The notes below the pieces were generated by a model. The model worked only from the letters and a program-made list of their open reading frames with translations, did not search any database and was not told where the DNA came from. Below, one piece after another: positions 38,737 to 50,992 of a stretch of 64,000 nt of DNA; position 1 is the stretch's first letter, and each line of letters begins with the position of its first letter. Both the position numbers and the translations under genes were made by a program. Location: assembly GCF_006345805.1 (NCBI RefSeq), contig NC_043021.1:15314001-15378000 (forward strand), written 5' to 3'. Source of the stretch: Octopus sinensis. Its lineage: Eukaryota.

Positions 38737-40510
38737 CACACGTGGACATTTAAACATATGTACATTTATATGCAATACCCAGAAAAATACAGAGTGAAAG
38801 TACCACAGCAGTGGATGGACAAACATAGAGAAATAGAGACACTGCCAATTATATTTGTAGATAGTTTCTGATACTGAGTTCTCCAAAGGTAGAGAGGGGT
38901 GTAGTTAGTTAATTCATCTTCTATGCTTCAAAGATTTTTGTTTATTGATTCTTGAAGGATGAAAAGCAAAGTTGATCTAACCTTGGTGGGATTTTGGACT
39001 CAGTCCCTTAAAAGAATGTAACAGAACACCACAAGGCATGCCACTTTTCCTGCCTTTTATTCTTTGCCTTTTGCTTTTTCTTTTTACTTGTTTTGGTCAT
39101 TTGACTGTGGCCATGCTGGAGCACAATCTTGCAGGGTTTAGTCAAACAAATCATTCCCATTATATATTCATTGTTTCTTCTTCAATCTGGTATTTATTCT
39201 ATCAGTCACTTTTGCTGAACTGCTAAGTTATGGGGGTTGTAAATGAACTGACACCAGTTGCCAAGTGGTGAGGGAAAGGGACTAACACACACACGCACGC
39301 ACAATGGGCTTCTACACTTTTCTGTCTACCAAATTCTTTCACAAGGCATTAGTCGGCCCGGGAGTATAGTAGAAAACAAGATGCTGCATAGTGGGACTGA
39401 ACTCAAAACCACATGGCTGCAAAGTGAGCGTCTTAACTACACAGTCATACCTGTCCTTTATTTATGAATTTTTGATATTAATTCTTCACAATAAAAACAA
39501 AAACAAAAAACAAAATCAAAGCGTGTGAGGAAGCAACACCTTATTGAAATGAATTGATTACAATTGATCTTTATTGATTTATTAGAGGTTATATTTCTTA
39601 CAGTTAGCAATTGATTCCTCACCCCCTTAACTCTACCCCACCCACCCTCACAGTTGAGAAAGAAAAATATGTTATTCTGAAGAATCTAATGAAAATCTTT
39701 AACCCCTCCCCTCTATTTTTATGTTTATTTAATTTTTTTTTTTACTCTTCCATAGATTTGTCTTGTGTCTTCTCTAAATGGTAAATGTTTTGTCGAAAAC
39801 AATTGCTTTGTTTCATTTCCTTTTTGGTCTTTTTTTACTTCGATAAAATAACGTGCCATTTGGTTTTCTAGTAATTATTCGTGGAGTTAAAAAAAAACAA
39901 AAAAAGGCGGGAAACATAATAGAAATATAATAAAATAAGAACAAAAATTTTTGAAAATAGAAACAGACAAAATCTGTGGCACAAAAGAATTAATTTCACT
40001 CCTTGAACCAAGAAGAAAGTTCAATCATTTAATTTTTATATCCTAATCAAGAATTCCAGTTAAAAGTTGACTATCGTAACTCTTAGGGTGACAGTGTCCA
40101 CACTTGCTTTGCTTAGCATCTGTTGTTGCCATTCTTGCCCTTCCCCTGATACTTCATCTCTGTGAATAGTTTAGATCTTCATCATCATCGTTATTATTCT
40201 TGTGACATCTTCTTTTCTCTGCTTGTACAAGTCATAAGAGAATATGTAGAGGCAGAGTTTTTTTTGGCCAGATGTCCTTCCTGTCACCAACCTCTACCTG
40301 TTTTGCAGTGAAGTAATGAATTACTGGTTTATTGATTACATCAGTGTTTCTCAACTTTTTTTTACCCTTGCGTAACCCTTAAAATAAATTACATGTCTCA
40401 AGGAACCCCTGCACAAAAAAAATTATATACTAATATCTTTCTCATATTCTTATCGTTAGCCACTACACACATTTTTTTTCTCTCCTTGTTTTTTCTTTGG
40501 TTTCTCAAAA

Positions 40511-40544
40511 TCTGTAGAAGAGCGTAGGCTCGAAACGTAAAAGA
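40511..40544 (+). ncRNA. Hammerhead-like motif, E2 copy (5' strand of helix I decayed)
   Basis: U-CUGUAGA-A-GAGC(GUAG)GCUC-GAAA-CGUA/AAAGA. Confidence 0.5.
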
Positions 40545-40654
40545 ATTTTTCAATTCCTGAGCGTTATACTAATACATCTGTTTGTTTTGTACACCACCTG
40601 TCTTCGTCTTTTGTTTTTTTCGTAAACTCTCCCTATATATATATATATATATAT

Positions 40655-41460
40655 GGTGGTTGTCTACTCCTTATGCAGAGTTTGACCACCTCCTGTAGCT
40701 ACGCCATAGAACCATCATGGCATCTTATGTGGCTTTTTAAACCAGACAATGTTCTGAAAAGCCACCCACATAGATTGCATATCCGATTTGGACCACCAAG
40801 AGCTGAAGATAAATTCTGATCTTTGTGGATCTTAAAATGTCCTTTGAGGCTTCTGTCAGATTTGCAAACCTTCTGGTATACACTGTATTCAAAGCAATGC
40901 ACAGACATATAGGCAGAATAGTCAGTGGAGGTTCGTTTTCCATGGGTTTGCTAATGAAAGGTATGATCTGTCACAAACTGTGCACACAAAAAGGTCATTG
41001 TAATTCACCTTCTCGATTGTAACATTCTTCCTTAAATCTCTTTTGAGTCTTGCATGCGTTATCCTGGCCTCTTCAAATGCTTTCACTCCACTTTACACTT
41101 TAGTGTGCAGCTCGATCCGAAGCAAGGTTTTCTGTGTCCTTTGAATCCATTCCAAGTGACTTCATAGTAGTCCTTATGCCATCCTTAAACCTTTTGTTAA
41201 GTTTACGCTGACAGCATTTTGCCTCTGCAAGCTCACCATAAAACAGCTGTTTGGGCATGTGTTCATCCATCATTCAAATATGGCCATACCATCTCATTTG
41301 GTTTCTCAAAATCATAGCTTTAATTCAGGTGATGCTTGCAGATGCAAGAACATCTGTGTTTGGAGTAAAAGAACTCCATTTAAAAAAAAATGTGATGAAG
41401 GCATTTTTGGTGGAATTGTTCTTACAATTTAAAATGCCTTTCATAACAAGTCCATGGTTG
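40655..41460 (-). pseudogene. 5'-truncated RTE-clade (BovB-like) LINE fragment: C-terminal ORF region with C2H2 zinc finger(s), disrupted by stops and frameshifts
   Basis: Minus-strand translation by eye gives WTCYERHFKL*EQFHQKCL, QMRWYGHI*MMDEHMPKQLFYGEL...KRFKDGIR and CNLCGWLFRTLSGLKSHIRCH, all typical of RTE post-RT motifs. Confidence 0.8.
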
Positions 41461-42802
41461 TTATATTTTTTTGACAACAAAATACGTTAGATAGGATGAT
41501 GTCTATATTAGAATAACAAATAATATATCGTGCATGTACAGTAATATTATGATCATGAAATTAGCATTAGCTTATTTCACTCTTTCTCGCAGGACCCTTT
41601 GCGGAATCCTAGGGTTCTGGTTGAGAAACACTGGATTACATTAATCCAAGTCCTCAACTGATACTTTTTGCATTGACCCAAAAAGGATGAAAGGCAAAGC
41701 CAACTTGGCAGAATTTGAACTCGGAACAGAAAGCTGGAAGAAATGCCACCAAGCATTTTGCCCAGCACTGCAACGATTCTGCCAGCTCCAAGGTGGGGTT
41801 AATTGGCATTAACCTTACCTTGGATAACCCTTCATTACCTATGGTTCCATTTCTGCTAAAAGATCTTTCAGCAAGGCGTGTCTGTATTATCTGCCTTTCG
41901 GCAACAAATGAGTAACAATCGTAGTTGATGGCTGAATAGTTGGCATTTGGGCAAAACATCTAAGAATTCACAGAAAATGTCATCAGTTTTACACTTAGCT
42001 ATTTTTAAGTTTGTTATTTTGAAAGCCACATCAGGAAACTTTAGGAGTGGTGAATTACATAAAACAGATGATTCAACTTTCAAACCTTGGAATCTAAAAA
42101 GTGGTTCAATTGAAAGATGGTTTTGATATTGTAGTGTTTTTTTGCTGTTGTTTTTTTTTTATAATTATCTTAATAGATAATCTCTCTTCCACCTTTGGAA
42201 GGGTTGGCCTGTGAATTCTTCTGGCCTTATATTTTAGTTTGAGACTGTGATGGCCTTCAGTTTTGTAAGTTATTTGGAAAGCTGGTGAGAAAATATTACG
42301 CACACACACACACACTTGTTTACTTGCTTGTTTGTTTAATGTCTGGTTATTGTTTTTTCTTTCCATGCCATTATGGGTTCCTAGGGAGTTATTTAGGACA
42401 GGATCTTCCTGTCACCAATCCATATAACTTTTATCTTTGGTTTGTTTCAGTCATTAGACTGTGGCCACGCTGGGGCACTGCCTCGAAGAATTTTAGTTGA
42501 ATGAACAGGCTCCAGCACTTATGTTTTTTGTAAGGCTTAGTACTTATTCTATCAGTCTCTTTTGCTGAACTGCTAAGTTACAGTGACTACACCAACACCA
42601 GCTGCCAAGCAGTGGTGGGGGGTCAAACACAGACACACACACACACACACACAATGGGCTTCTTTCAATTTCCATCTACCAAATCCACTCACAAGGCTTT
42701 GGTTGGCCTGAGGCTATTGTGGAAGACACTTGCCCAAGGTGGGACAGAACTTGGAACCATACGGTTGGAAAGCAAACTTCTTACCACACATCCACGCCTG
42801 TG

Positions 42803-42863
<61 letters not shown>

Positions 42864-43509
42864 CTGAAAATATTTATAATATAGGTCCTTTTGCTTACAT
42901 GCCAACAAACTTCCAGAAATCTTTAAAATTCATCATACACGTGGTCTCTGGTTCAGTTCCACGTCATGGCACCTTGGGTCAGAAGTGTCTTCTACTATAG
43001 ATCCTGGCCAACCAAAGCCTTGTGAGTGGTAAGCAGGAACTGAAAGAACAATGTTGTATATCTAAATACATTGTGTGCTTGCTTGTCCACTTACGCACCC
43101 TTGTGTGTGTAACCTTGTTTTGGCATCATGTTATAGTCGTAGATGAGCATCACTGTCATACAAGCGGTGATGTTTGTTATCAGACTTCCATGTCTTGCCA
43201 TGGGGGAAATATCAACCTTGTTTGGAAATAGGTGGACACTGGTAACTGGATGGGTATCTGGCTGTAGAAAATGTGCCTCAACAAATTGTCTGCATGAAAA
43301 TGTAAGCATGAAAAGGTAACCATTGAAATGATGATGATTATGATGATGATAAATTGTATAAATTTAGATTATTGATAAAGAAAAATGGAAAGCGCTTAGT
43401 TCTTGTGCATAATATCCCCTTCTCCCTTTAATTTGTACAACTAAATATCTGGTGGGTAAAATGTATATTGTACACAAATGTGCCACCTTTGACATTTTTT
43501 TCCCATTTT

Positions 43510-43838
43510 AAGGCTCATTGGCTAGAACATCGGGCTCACAATCATGAGGTAGTGAGTTTGATTCCTGGACTGGGCTGCGTGTTGTGTTCTTGAGCAAGAC
43601 GCTTTATTTCATGTTGCTGCAGTTCACTCAACTGTAGAAGTGAGTTGTGATGTCACTGGTGCCAAGCTGTATTGGCCCCTTTGGACAAAATCAGTGATGT
43701 GGCGTGGCATGGAGAGGGGAAGCTGGGATTCATGGGTAACTGCTGGTCTTCCATAAGCCATCTTGCCCAGACCTGTGCTTCGAAGGGGAATTTTCTAGGT
43801 GCAATCCCATGGTCACTCATAACCAAAGGAGTGTCCTT
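43510..43838 (+). mobile_element. tRNA-headed CORE-like SINE (C'' type)
   Basis: GAGTT(C/T)GATTCC B-box, TTCTTGAGCAAGAC core and GGTGCAATCCCATGGTCA tail; also at 48835-49113 and 63700-64000. Confidence 0.75.
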
Positions 43839-44492
43839 AAACTATCATATACAGCTTTTCTACTTTGAATTGTTTCCTATCTCTCCATATATCTCACAAT
43901 ATAAACAAATTTCTAATATTTTTCAGATTGGGTGTCATCCTCATCCATTTTGCAGACCTTCACCTCAGGAGGCCTGCAAAATTTAAGGCCCCTCTCTGTT
44001 CTTCTTCCTTTTACTGACACCAAATAAATATAAACAGAAGAGAACATCACTTTGTTATTTCAAGATTATCACATTCACAAGATAAAATAACTTCTTTATT
44101 TTCAGTAAGCAAAATTATCTCTTATAACACCACACTCCGTGAATCTCACTTTATTGGGTTTTTTTTCATTTTTTCTCCTTGTTTTTTTTTTTGTTTTTTT
44201 TTCCATGAAGCCACCACACTGTTGTAATTAAATAAATATACCGTCTTATACAATTACCTGTATGTGTTGTTTGGTAAATTAATTCTTTTCCTCGAAGTCA
44301 GAGAACAATATATAATGGTTTTGAATGCTGCTTTCTTTTCGCTCTTGTTATTTGCTAGTGAAATCCTGTTTTGGAAAAACAACTTTTTTTTTTTTTATCT
44401 GGCTGCTTGTTTCTATGCATCACTTTATATACACACACACCTGTATACACTCATGCATACATATATATGCACACACACACACACAGGTGCGT

Positions 44493-47400
44493 ATACACAC
44501 ACACACACACACAGGTGCATATATATATACACACACACAAACACGTGGATATGCATATATATACACATGCTACACACTTGAACATACATAAACACATGCA
44601 TATACATATATACACATACACCCACCATTCACAAATACATATATATGTAAACATATCTGTAAGCCAATAAGGAAGGCTCTGTGGAATCACCTGACTTGCT
44701 AGAAATGGCAGCAAAATTTTCTTCATATTGCACCCTACTATTTAAAAAAGGGGAAGGATACATTGAATGATATAGTCCCAGATACACTATGTCTGCAAAA
44801 AAGAGAGAAAAAGGATAGTCTTATCTTGTAGTGTCTTTAATCATAAGTCCCCAAGTAATCAGGACTCACCAGGAGTTAGACAACAACAACTGCAAGTTGT
44901 CATCAATTAATACCTTTCTGTTTTACTGCCAGCATAGGTGTGACCATGATGGAGCACCCCATAAAAATATTTTTCTAAAGGAAACAACTGTAGTTACTTT
45001 TATGAAGGACAGGTAGAATTGTTGGCTCAGTGGATAAGATGCTTAGCAGCATTTCTTCCTGCTCTTTGTGTTCTAAGTTCAAATCTCACTGAGGTTGATT
45101 TTGCCTTTTATCCTTTTGGGGTTGATAAAATAAGATAACAGTCAAATACTATAATCAGCTTGGCCCCTCCCCTCAAAGATTGCTGGCCTTGCACTCTGCA
45201 ACAGACTGTGTTTTACTCAGAGGAGAAGTGTGATCTTGGTTACTTATATGTATGCTATGGTAACTGGTCTTATGAGTCCTGTGGCTCCAGAAAATAAAGA
45301 AGGACAAAATACTAATCATTAAAACTTGATATGTCTTAGCTGTTATATTCTACAGATCTCTGCTGACTTTATTCCTTCAAGGTAAAACGAGGTTAAAAGA
45401 ATGGAATTATTTAACCGACCCTTTTGATACCAACCTGCCTAAGACTGTCTATGCTGCTTTGATACAAACTTCATGCTTAAATTGATTGAAATTAAGACCA
45501 CCTTTCAAAATTTCATGTTGATTACTGTTCCAAACACCAGATTAATAATGACAAAGTTACTGTACAAAATTCTTCATCATTTTCGAAATTGGCGCAAAGG
45601 CAGTGTATTTCAGCAGAAATATGGTTGCAAAAGGGTTAAAGAGCTTTATTAATCCTTTTACTGCAGAAATCAGATACATCTACTCAAAATTTTGTTGCCT
45701 GTAACTGTGAAAGCAGTTTTATTTAGCAAACTATCTTTTGTTGAAAAATATCGTGTTTGAAACTATTTTATGTAGCGATATATCAAATTTATAAAGGCAA
45801 TGTGACTTACAGACAATACTGATCCTATTTCAGCAGGAGGGGTTAGTTGATTGTATTGACTCCAGTAGTCACTTGGTACTTAGTGTAAACAACTTTGAAA
45901 GGGTGAAAGGCCAAGTCAACCTTGGTGCAATTTGAACTTTGTATGTAAAGAGTCAAAAGAAATGCTGTTGGGCATTTTGTCTGACATGCAAGCAATTCTG
46001 CCAGCTTGCAGCGTTAATAATAATAACTGCCATTCTCCTCCTCATTGTTTTAATGTTCACTTTTCCACGCTTGCATGGGTGAGACAGAATTTTGATGAGG
46101 CAGATTTTCCATAGCTGGATGCCTTACTTGTCACTAACCCTCACCTGTTTCCATGCAAGCTAACATTCTCCCATGGCTGGACATGTGTTTTTCACGGATG
46201 ACTGGAAACAAACAACATCATTTATTAGACAATGCTGATAATTCACACCCAACACGTCAAGACAAGAGTTTACACACACACACACACACAGGTGCATATA
46301 TATATACACACACACAAACACGTGGATATGCATATATATACACATGCTACACACTTGAACATACATAAACACATGCATATACATATATACACATACACCC
46401 ACCATTCACAAATACATATATATGTAAACATATCTGTAAGCCAATAAGGAAGGCTCTGTGGAATCACCTGACTTGCTAGAAATGGCAGCAAAATTTTCTT
46501 CATATTGCACCCTACTATTTAAAAAAGGGGAAGGATACATTGAATGATATAGTCCCAGATACACTATGTCTGCAAAAAAGAGAGAAAAAGGATAGTCTTA
46601 TCTTGTAGTGTCTTTAATCATAAGTCCCCAAGTAATCAGGACTCACCAGGAGTTAGACAACAACAACTGCAAGTTGTCATCAATTAATACCTTTCTGTTT
46701 TACTGCCAGCATAGGTGTGACCATGATGGAGCACCCCATAAAAATATTTTTCTAAAGGAAACAAACTGTAGTTACTTTTATGAAGGACAGGTAGAATTGT
46801 TGGCTCAGTGGATAAGATGCTTAGCAGCATTTCTTCCTGCTCTTTGTGTTCTAAGTTCAAATCTCACTGAGGTTGATTTTGCCTTTTATCCTTTTGGGGT
46901 TGATAAAATAAGATAACAGTCAAATACTATAATCAGCTTGGCCCCTCCCCTCAAAGATTGCTGGCCTTGCACTCTGCAACAGACTGGTGTTTTACTCAGA
47001 GGAGAAAGTGTGATCTTGGTTACTTATTATGTATGCTATGGTAACTGGTCTTATGAGTCCTGTGGCTCCAGAAAATAAAGAAGGACAAAATACTAATCAT
47101 TAAAACTTGATATGTCTTAGCTGTTATATTCTACAGATCTCTGCTGACTTTATTCCTTCAAGGTAAAACGAGGTTAAAAGAATGGAATTATTTAACCGAC
47201 CCTTTTGATACCAACCTGCCTAAGACTGTCTATGCTGCTTTGATACAAACTTCATGCTTAAATTGATTGAAATTAAGACCACCTTTCAAAATTTCATGTT
47301 GATTACTGTTCCAAACACCAGATTAATAATGACAAAGTTACTGTACAAAATTCTTCATCATTTTCGAAATTGGCGCAAAGGCAGTGTATTTCAGCAGAAA

Positions 47401-48050
47401 TATGGTTGCAAAAGGGTTAAAGAGCTTTATTAATCCTTTTACTGCAGAAATCAGATACATCTACTCAAAATTTTGTTGCCTGTAACTGTGAAAAGCAGTT
47501 TTATTTAGCAAACTATCTTTTGTTGAAAAATATCGTGTTTGAAACTATTTTATGTAGCGATATATCAAATTTATAAAGGCAATGTGACTTACAGACAATA
47601 CTGATCCTATTTCAGCAGGAGGGGTTAGTTGATTGTATTGACTCCAGTAGTCACTTGGTACTTAGTGTAAACAACTTTGAAAGGGTGAAAGGCCAAGTCA
47701 ACCTTGGTGGAATTTGAACTTTGTATGTAAAGAGTCAAAAGAAATGCTGTTGGGCATTTTGTCTGACATGCAAGCAATTCTGCCAGCTTGCAGCGTTAAT
47801 AATAATAACTGCCATTCTCCTCCTCATTGTTTTAATGTTCACTTTTCCACGCTTGCATGGGTGAGACAGAATTTTGATGAGGCAGATTTTCCATAGCTGG
47901 ATGCCTTACTTGTCACTAACCCTCACCTGTTTCCATGCAAGCTAACATTCTCCCATGGCTGGACATGTGTTTTTCACGGATGACTGGAAACAAACAACAT
48001 CATTTATTAGACAATGCTGATAATTCACATCCAACATGTCAAGAGAAGAG

Positions 48051-48056
<6 letters not shown>
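44493..48056. repeat. Near-identical tandem duplication, ~1.78-kb unit x2 (44493-46270, 46271-~48056)
   Basis: Identical ORFs are offset by 1777 (44831/46608) and 1782 (45932/47714); junctions lie in (CA)n tracts. Confidence 0.95.
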
Positions 48057-48130
<74 letters not shown>

Positions 48131-48314
48131 ATTCAGTTTCTATCTATGAAATCTGTTGGCTTGAGACAAAAGTAAAGTTTTTGAGGGAATGATTCAGTTA
48201 GTATCACCAACCACACTTTTACACTATTTGACTGGTATATATTTTATCTATGCCGTAACAGAATTACCTGTTCTCTTAGCCATTATATTACAGTATTGAA
48301 ATTATATGTCAAAT

Positions 48315-48352
48315 CTGTTTTCATTTTTCTTTTCTTTATTTTTCAGGTAAGT
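48315..48352 (+). promoter_or_regulatory. Juxtaposed 3' and 5' splice consensus (candidate recursive splice site)
   Basis: TCTGTTTTCATTTTTCTTTTCTTTATTTTTCAG|GTAAGT in non-repetitive sequence. Confidence 0.45.
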
Positions 48353-48546
48353 CATCTTGTTGAGTTCTTCAGTTCTTACAAGGAATGAGTAACGGACATC
48401 AATTTTGGCAATTTGCTGTAATTTCTTCCTGATGGCAAAATACAATGACTGTAAAGGTTTTGATAATTTCTATTATTTATACCTTAAATGTTAATTCATA
48501 TTCCATAACGCTGGCTTACTTTTTTGGTAAATATACATATATTTAG

Positions 48547-48823
48547 GGGCAGGAGTGGCTGTGTGGTAAGTAGCTTGCTTACCAACCACACAGTTCCAGG
48601 TTCAGTCCCACTGCGTGGCACCTTGTGAAAGTGTCTTCTACTATAGCCTCGGGCTGACCAAAGCTTTGTGAGTGGATTTGGTAGATGGAAACTGAAAGAA
48701 GCCTATGTGTGTGTTTGTATGTCTGTGACCGATAGAATAAGTACTGGGGTCGATTTGCTCGACTAAAAGGCAGTGCTCCAGCATGGCCGCAGTCAAATGA
48801 CTGAAACAAGTAAAACAGTAAGA
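48547..48823 (+). mobile_element. SINE family A with an internal deletion
   Basis: Head and tail intact, middle shortened. Confidence 0.8.
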
Positions 48824-49124
48824 GTATATGTATATGACTCGCATATCATGAAGTAGTGAGTTCAATTCCCAGGCCAGGTTGTATGTTGTGTTCTTGAGCA
48901 AGACACTTTATTTCACGTTGCTTCAGTTCACTCAGCTGAAGAAGTGAGTTGCAGTGTCACTGATGCCAAGCTGTATCGGCCTTTGCTTTTTCCTTGGACA
49001 ACATCAGTCGCATGGTCTTTCACAAAAACAACTTTGCCTGGATTTGTGCCTTGGAGGGGAACTTTCTAGGTGAAATCCCATGGTCACTCATGACAGAAGG
49101 AGGTTTTTACCCTTTATAATATAT

Positions 49125-49565
49125 CATCATCATCATCATCATTGTTTAACGTCCGTTTTCCATGCTAGCATGGTTTGGATGGTTCAACTGGGGTCTGGGA
49201 AGCCAGAAGGCTGTGCCAGGCCCAGTCTGATCTAGCAGTGTTTCTACAGATGGATGCCCTTCCTAACGCCAACCACTCCGTGAGTGTAGTGGGTGCTTTT
49301 TACGTGCCACCTGCACAGGTGCCAGACGAGGCTGGCAAACGGCCACAATCGGATGGTGCTTTTTACGTGCCACCTGCACAGGTGCCAGACGAGGCTGGCA
49401 AACGGCCACAATCGGATGGTGCTTTTTACGTGCCACCTGCACAGGTGCCAGACGAGGCTGGCAAACGGCCACAATCGGATGGTGCTTTTTACGTGCCACT
49501 GGCACACAGGCCAGTCGGGGCGGCACTGGCAATGGCCACGTTCGGATGGTTCTCTTATGTGCCAT
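49125..49565 (-). mobile_element. Repeat family D containing a 63-bp tandem array
   Basis: (CAT)n end. Unit GGTGCTTTTTACGTGCCACCTGCACAGGTGCCAGACGAGGCTGGCAAACGGCCACAATCGGAT starts at 49292, 49355 and 49418, with a diverged copy at 49481. A sister copy at 54298-54495 has a single partial unit. Confidence 0.85.
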
Positions 49566-49894
49566 ATATATATATGGTTCTCTTACATGCCATATATACT
49601 GCATTGTCAGATAAATTTGTTCACTCCCACCCCTATTTATTCTAATTCTTATTTTTCATCAACAATTTTAATAAATCAGTCGATAATATATTTCCCTTCA
49701 TTGTTCATGACTTCTTGCCAATGTTCTGCTAGCTTGCCAATCCCCCTTGATGGTAGAAATCACCAAGTTTTGGCTCGATTCATCAAGCTATGTTTTCAGC
49801 TTGAGATATTCTGATACATATTTTTGTATATCTTATGACTGTACAAACTAGACTCCGATTACCTTACTGGATATTTATATATATATATAAAATT

Positions 49895-50230
49895 ATGGAG
49901 ATGTACTTGCATAGCAAGTGACTTGATCTGAGATCATGTGCTGAAACAAAAACTATTGCAGCGTGGAAGGTGTTTATAAGCCATTTAAAAACAAAAACCG
50001 TTTGATTCACTTCAACATTTATATTTAATTTGTCGAAATATTTTCATCGCTTTGAAACTGCGACCTGTTCACTGACTAAATTTCAGCACGAGATGCAGCA
50101 TGAAATTTTGCCAGTGAACAGGTCAAAGTTTCAAAGCGACAAAAATATTTTGATGAATTAAATCTAAATGTTAAAGTGAATCAAACGTTTTTTTTGTGTG
50201 GTTTTAAACACCTTCCATGCTGCAATTGTT
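49895..50230. mobile_element. Foldback element: ~135-bp inverted arms (49951-50087, 50098-50230), each with a hammerhead-like fold; Penelope inverted-pLTR-like
   Basis: TTGCAGCGTGGAAGGTGTTT pairs with AAACACCTTCCATGCTGCAA, GTTTGATTCACTT with AAGTGAATCAAAC, and GACCTGTTCACTG with CAGTGAACAGGTC. TA tracts lie on both sides. Confidence 0.8.
50027..50082 (-). ncRNA. Hammerhead-like motif with swapped G3-C8 core
   Basis: AAUUUAGUCA-GUGAACA-G-GUCGC(AGUUUCAAA)GCGAU-GAAA-AUAU-UU/CGACAAAUU. Confidence 0.55.
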
Positions 50231-50237
50231 ATATATA

Positions 50238-50683
50238 GGCGCAGGAGTGGCTGTGTGGTAAGTAGCTTGCTTACCAACCACATGGTTCTGAGTCCAGTCC
50301 CACTGCATGGCACCTTGGGCAAGTGTCTTCTACTATAGCCTTGGGCCAACCAAAGCCTTGTGAGTGGATTTGGTAGACGGAAAACTGAAAGAAGCCCGTC
50401 GTATATATGTGTATATATATATATATATATGTATGTATATATATATATGTATGTATATATATATATGTATGTGTGTGTTTGTGTTCGTGTGTCTGTGTTT
50501 GTCCCTCCAACATCGCTTGACAACCGATGCTGGTGTGTTTATGTTCCTGTAACTTAGAGGTTCGACAAAAGAGGCTGATAGAATAAGTACTAGGCTTACA
50601 AAGAATAAGTCCTGGGGTCAGTTTGTTCGACTAAAGGCGGTGCTCCAGCATGGCCACAGTCAAATGACTGAAACAAGTAAAAG
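50238..50683 (+). mobile_element. Full-length SINE family A
   Basis: GGCGCAGGAGTGGCTGTGTGG head through to the AAACAAGTAAAAG tail. Confidence 0.9.
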
Positions 50684-50748
50684 TGTATGCCTCTATGGTA
50701 ATTTGCTTTGATCTGATTGATCCGCCCCCTATCTCCCCTCTCTGTCTC

Positions 50749-50783
<35 letters not shown>

Positions 50784-50958
50784 GTATATTCTATATATAT
50801 ATATATATATATACCTATATATTATATATATAAAGATATAAATTCGGGGTCGATAAATTAAGTACCAGTTACGCACTGGGGTCGATGTAATTGACTTAAT
50901 CCGTTTGTCTGTCCTTGTTTGTCCTCTCTGTGTTTAGCTCCTTGTGGGTAGTAAAGAA

Positions 50959-50992
<34 letters not shown>

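Larger units (their letters stand above)
40342..41633. mobile_element. Non-autonomous hAT element carrying nested insertions
   Basis: Perfect 14-bp TIRs CAGTGTTTCTCAAC / GTTGAGAAACACTG and perfect 8-bp TSD GATTACAT (40334-40341, 41634-41641). Confidence 0.9.

Noticed and set aside
40699-40908. C2H2 zinc-finger ORF as a host zinc-finger gene exon
   Set aside because: It lies directly downstream of RTE C-terminal motifs with stops and frameshifts, has no TGEKP linkers, and is best explained as a LINE remnant.
49292-49500. CRISPR-like or coding 21-aa repeat (ORFs 49175-49645 and 49293-49814)
   Set aside because: The units are fully identical with no unique spacers, lie inside a dispersed repeat in eukaryotic DNA, and have no cas genes nearby.
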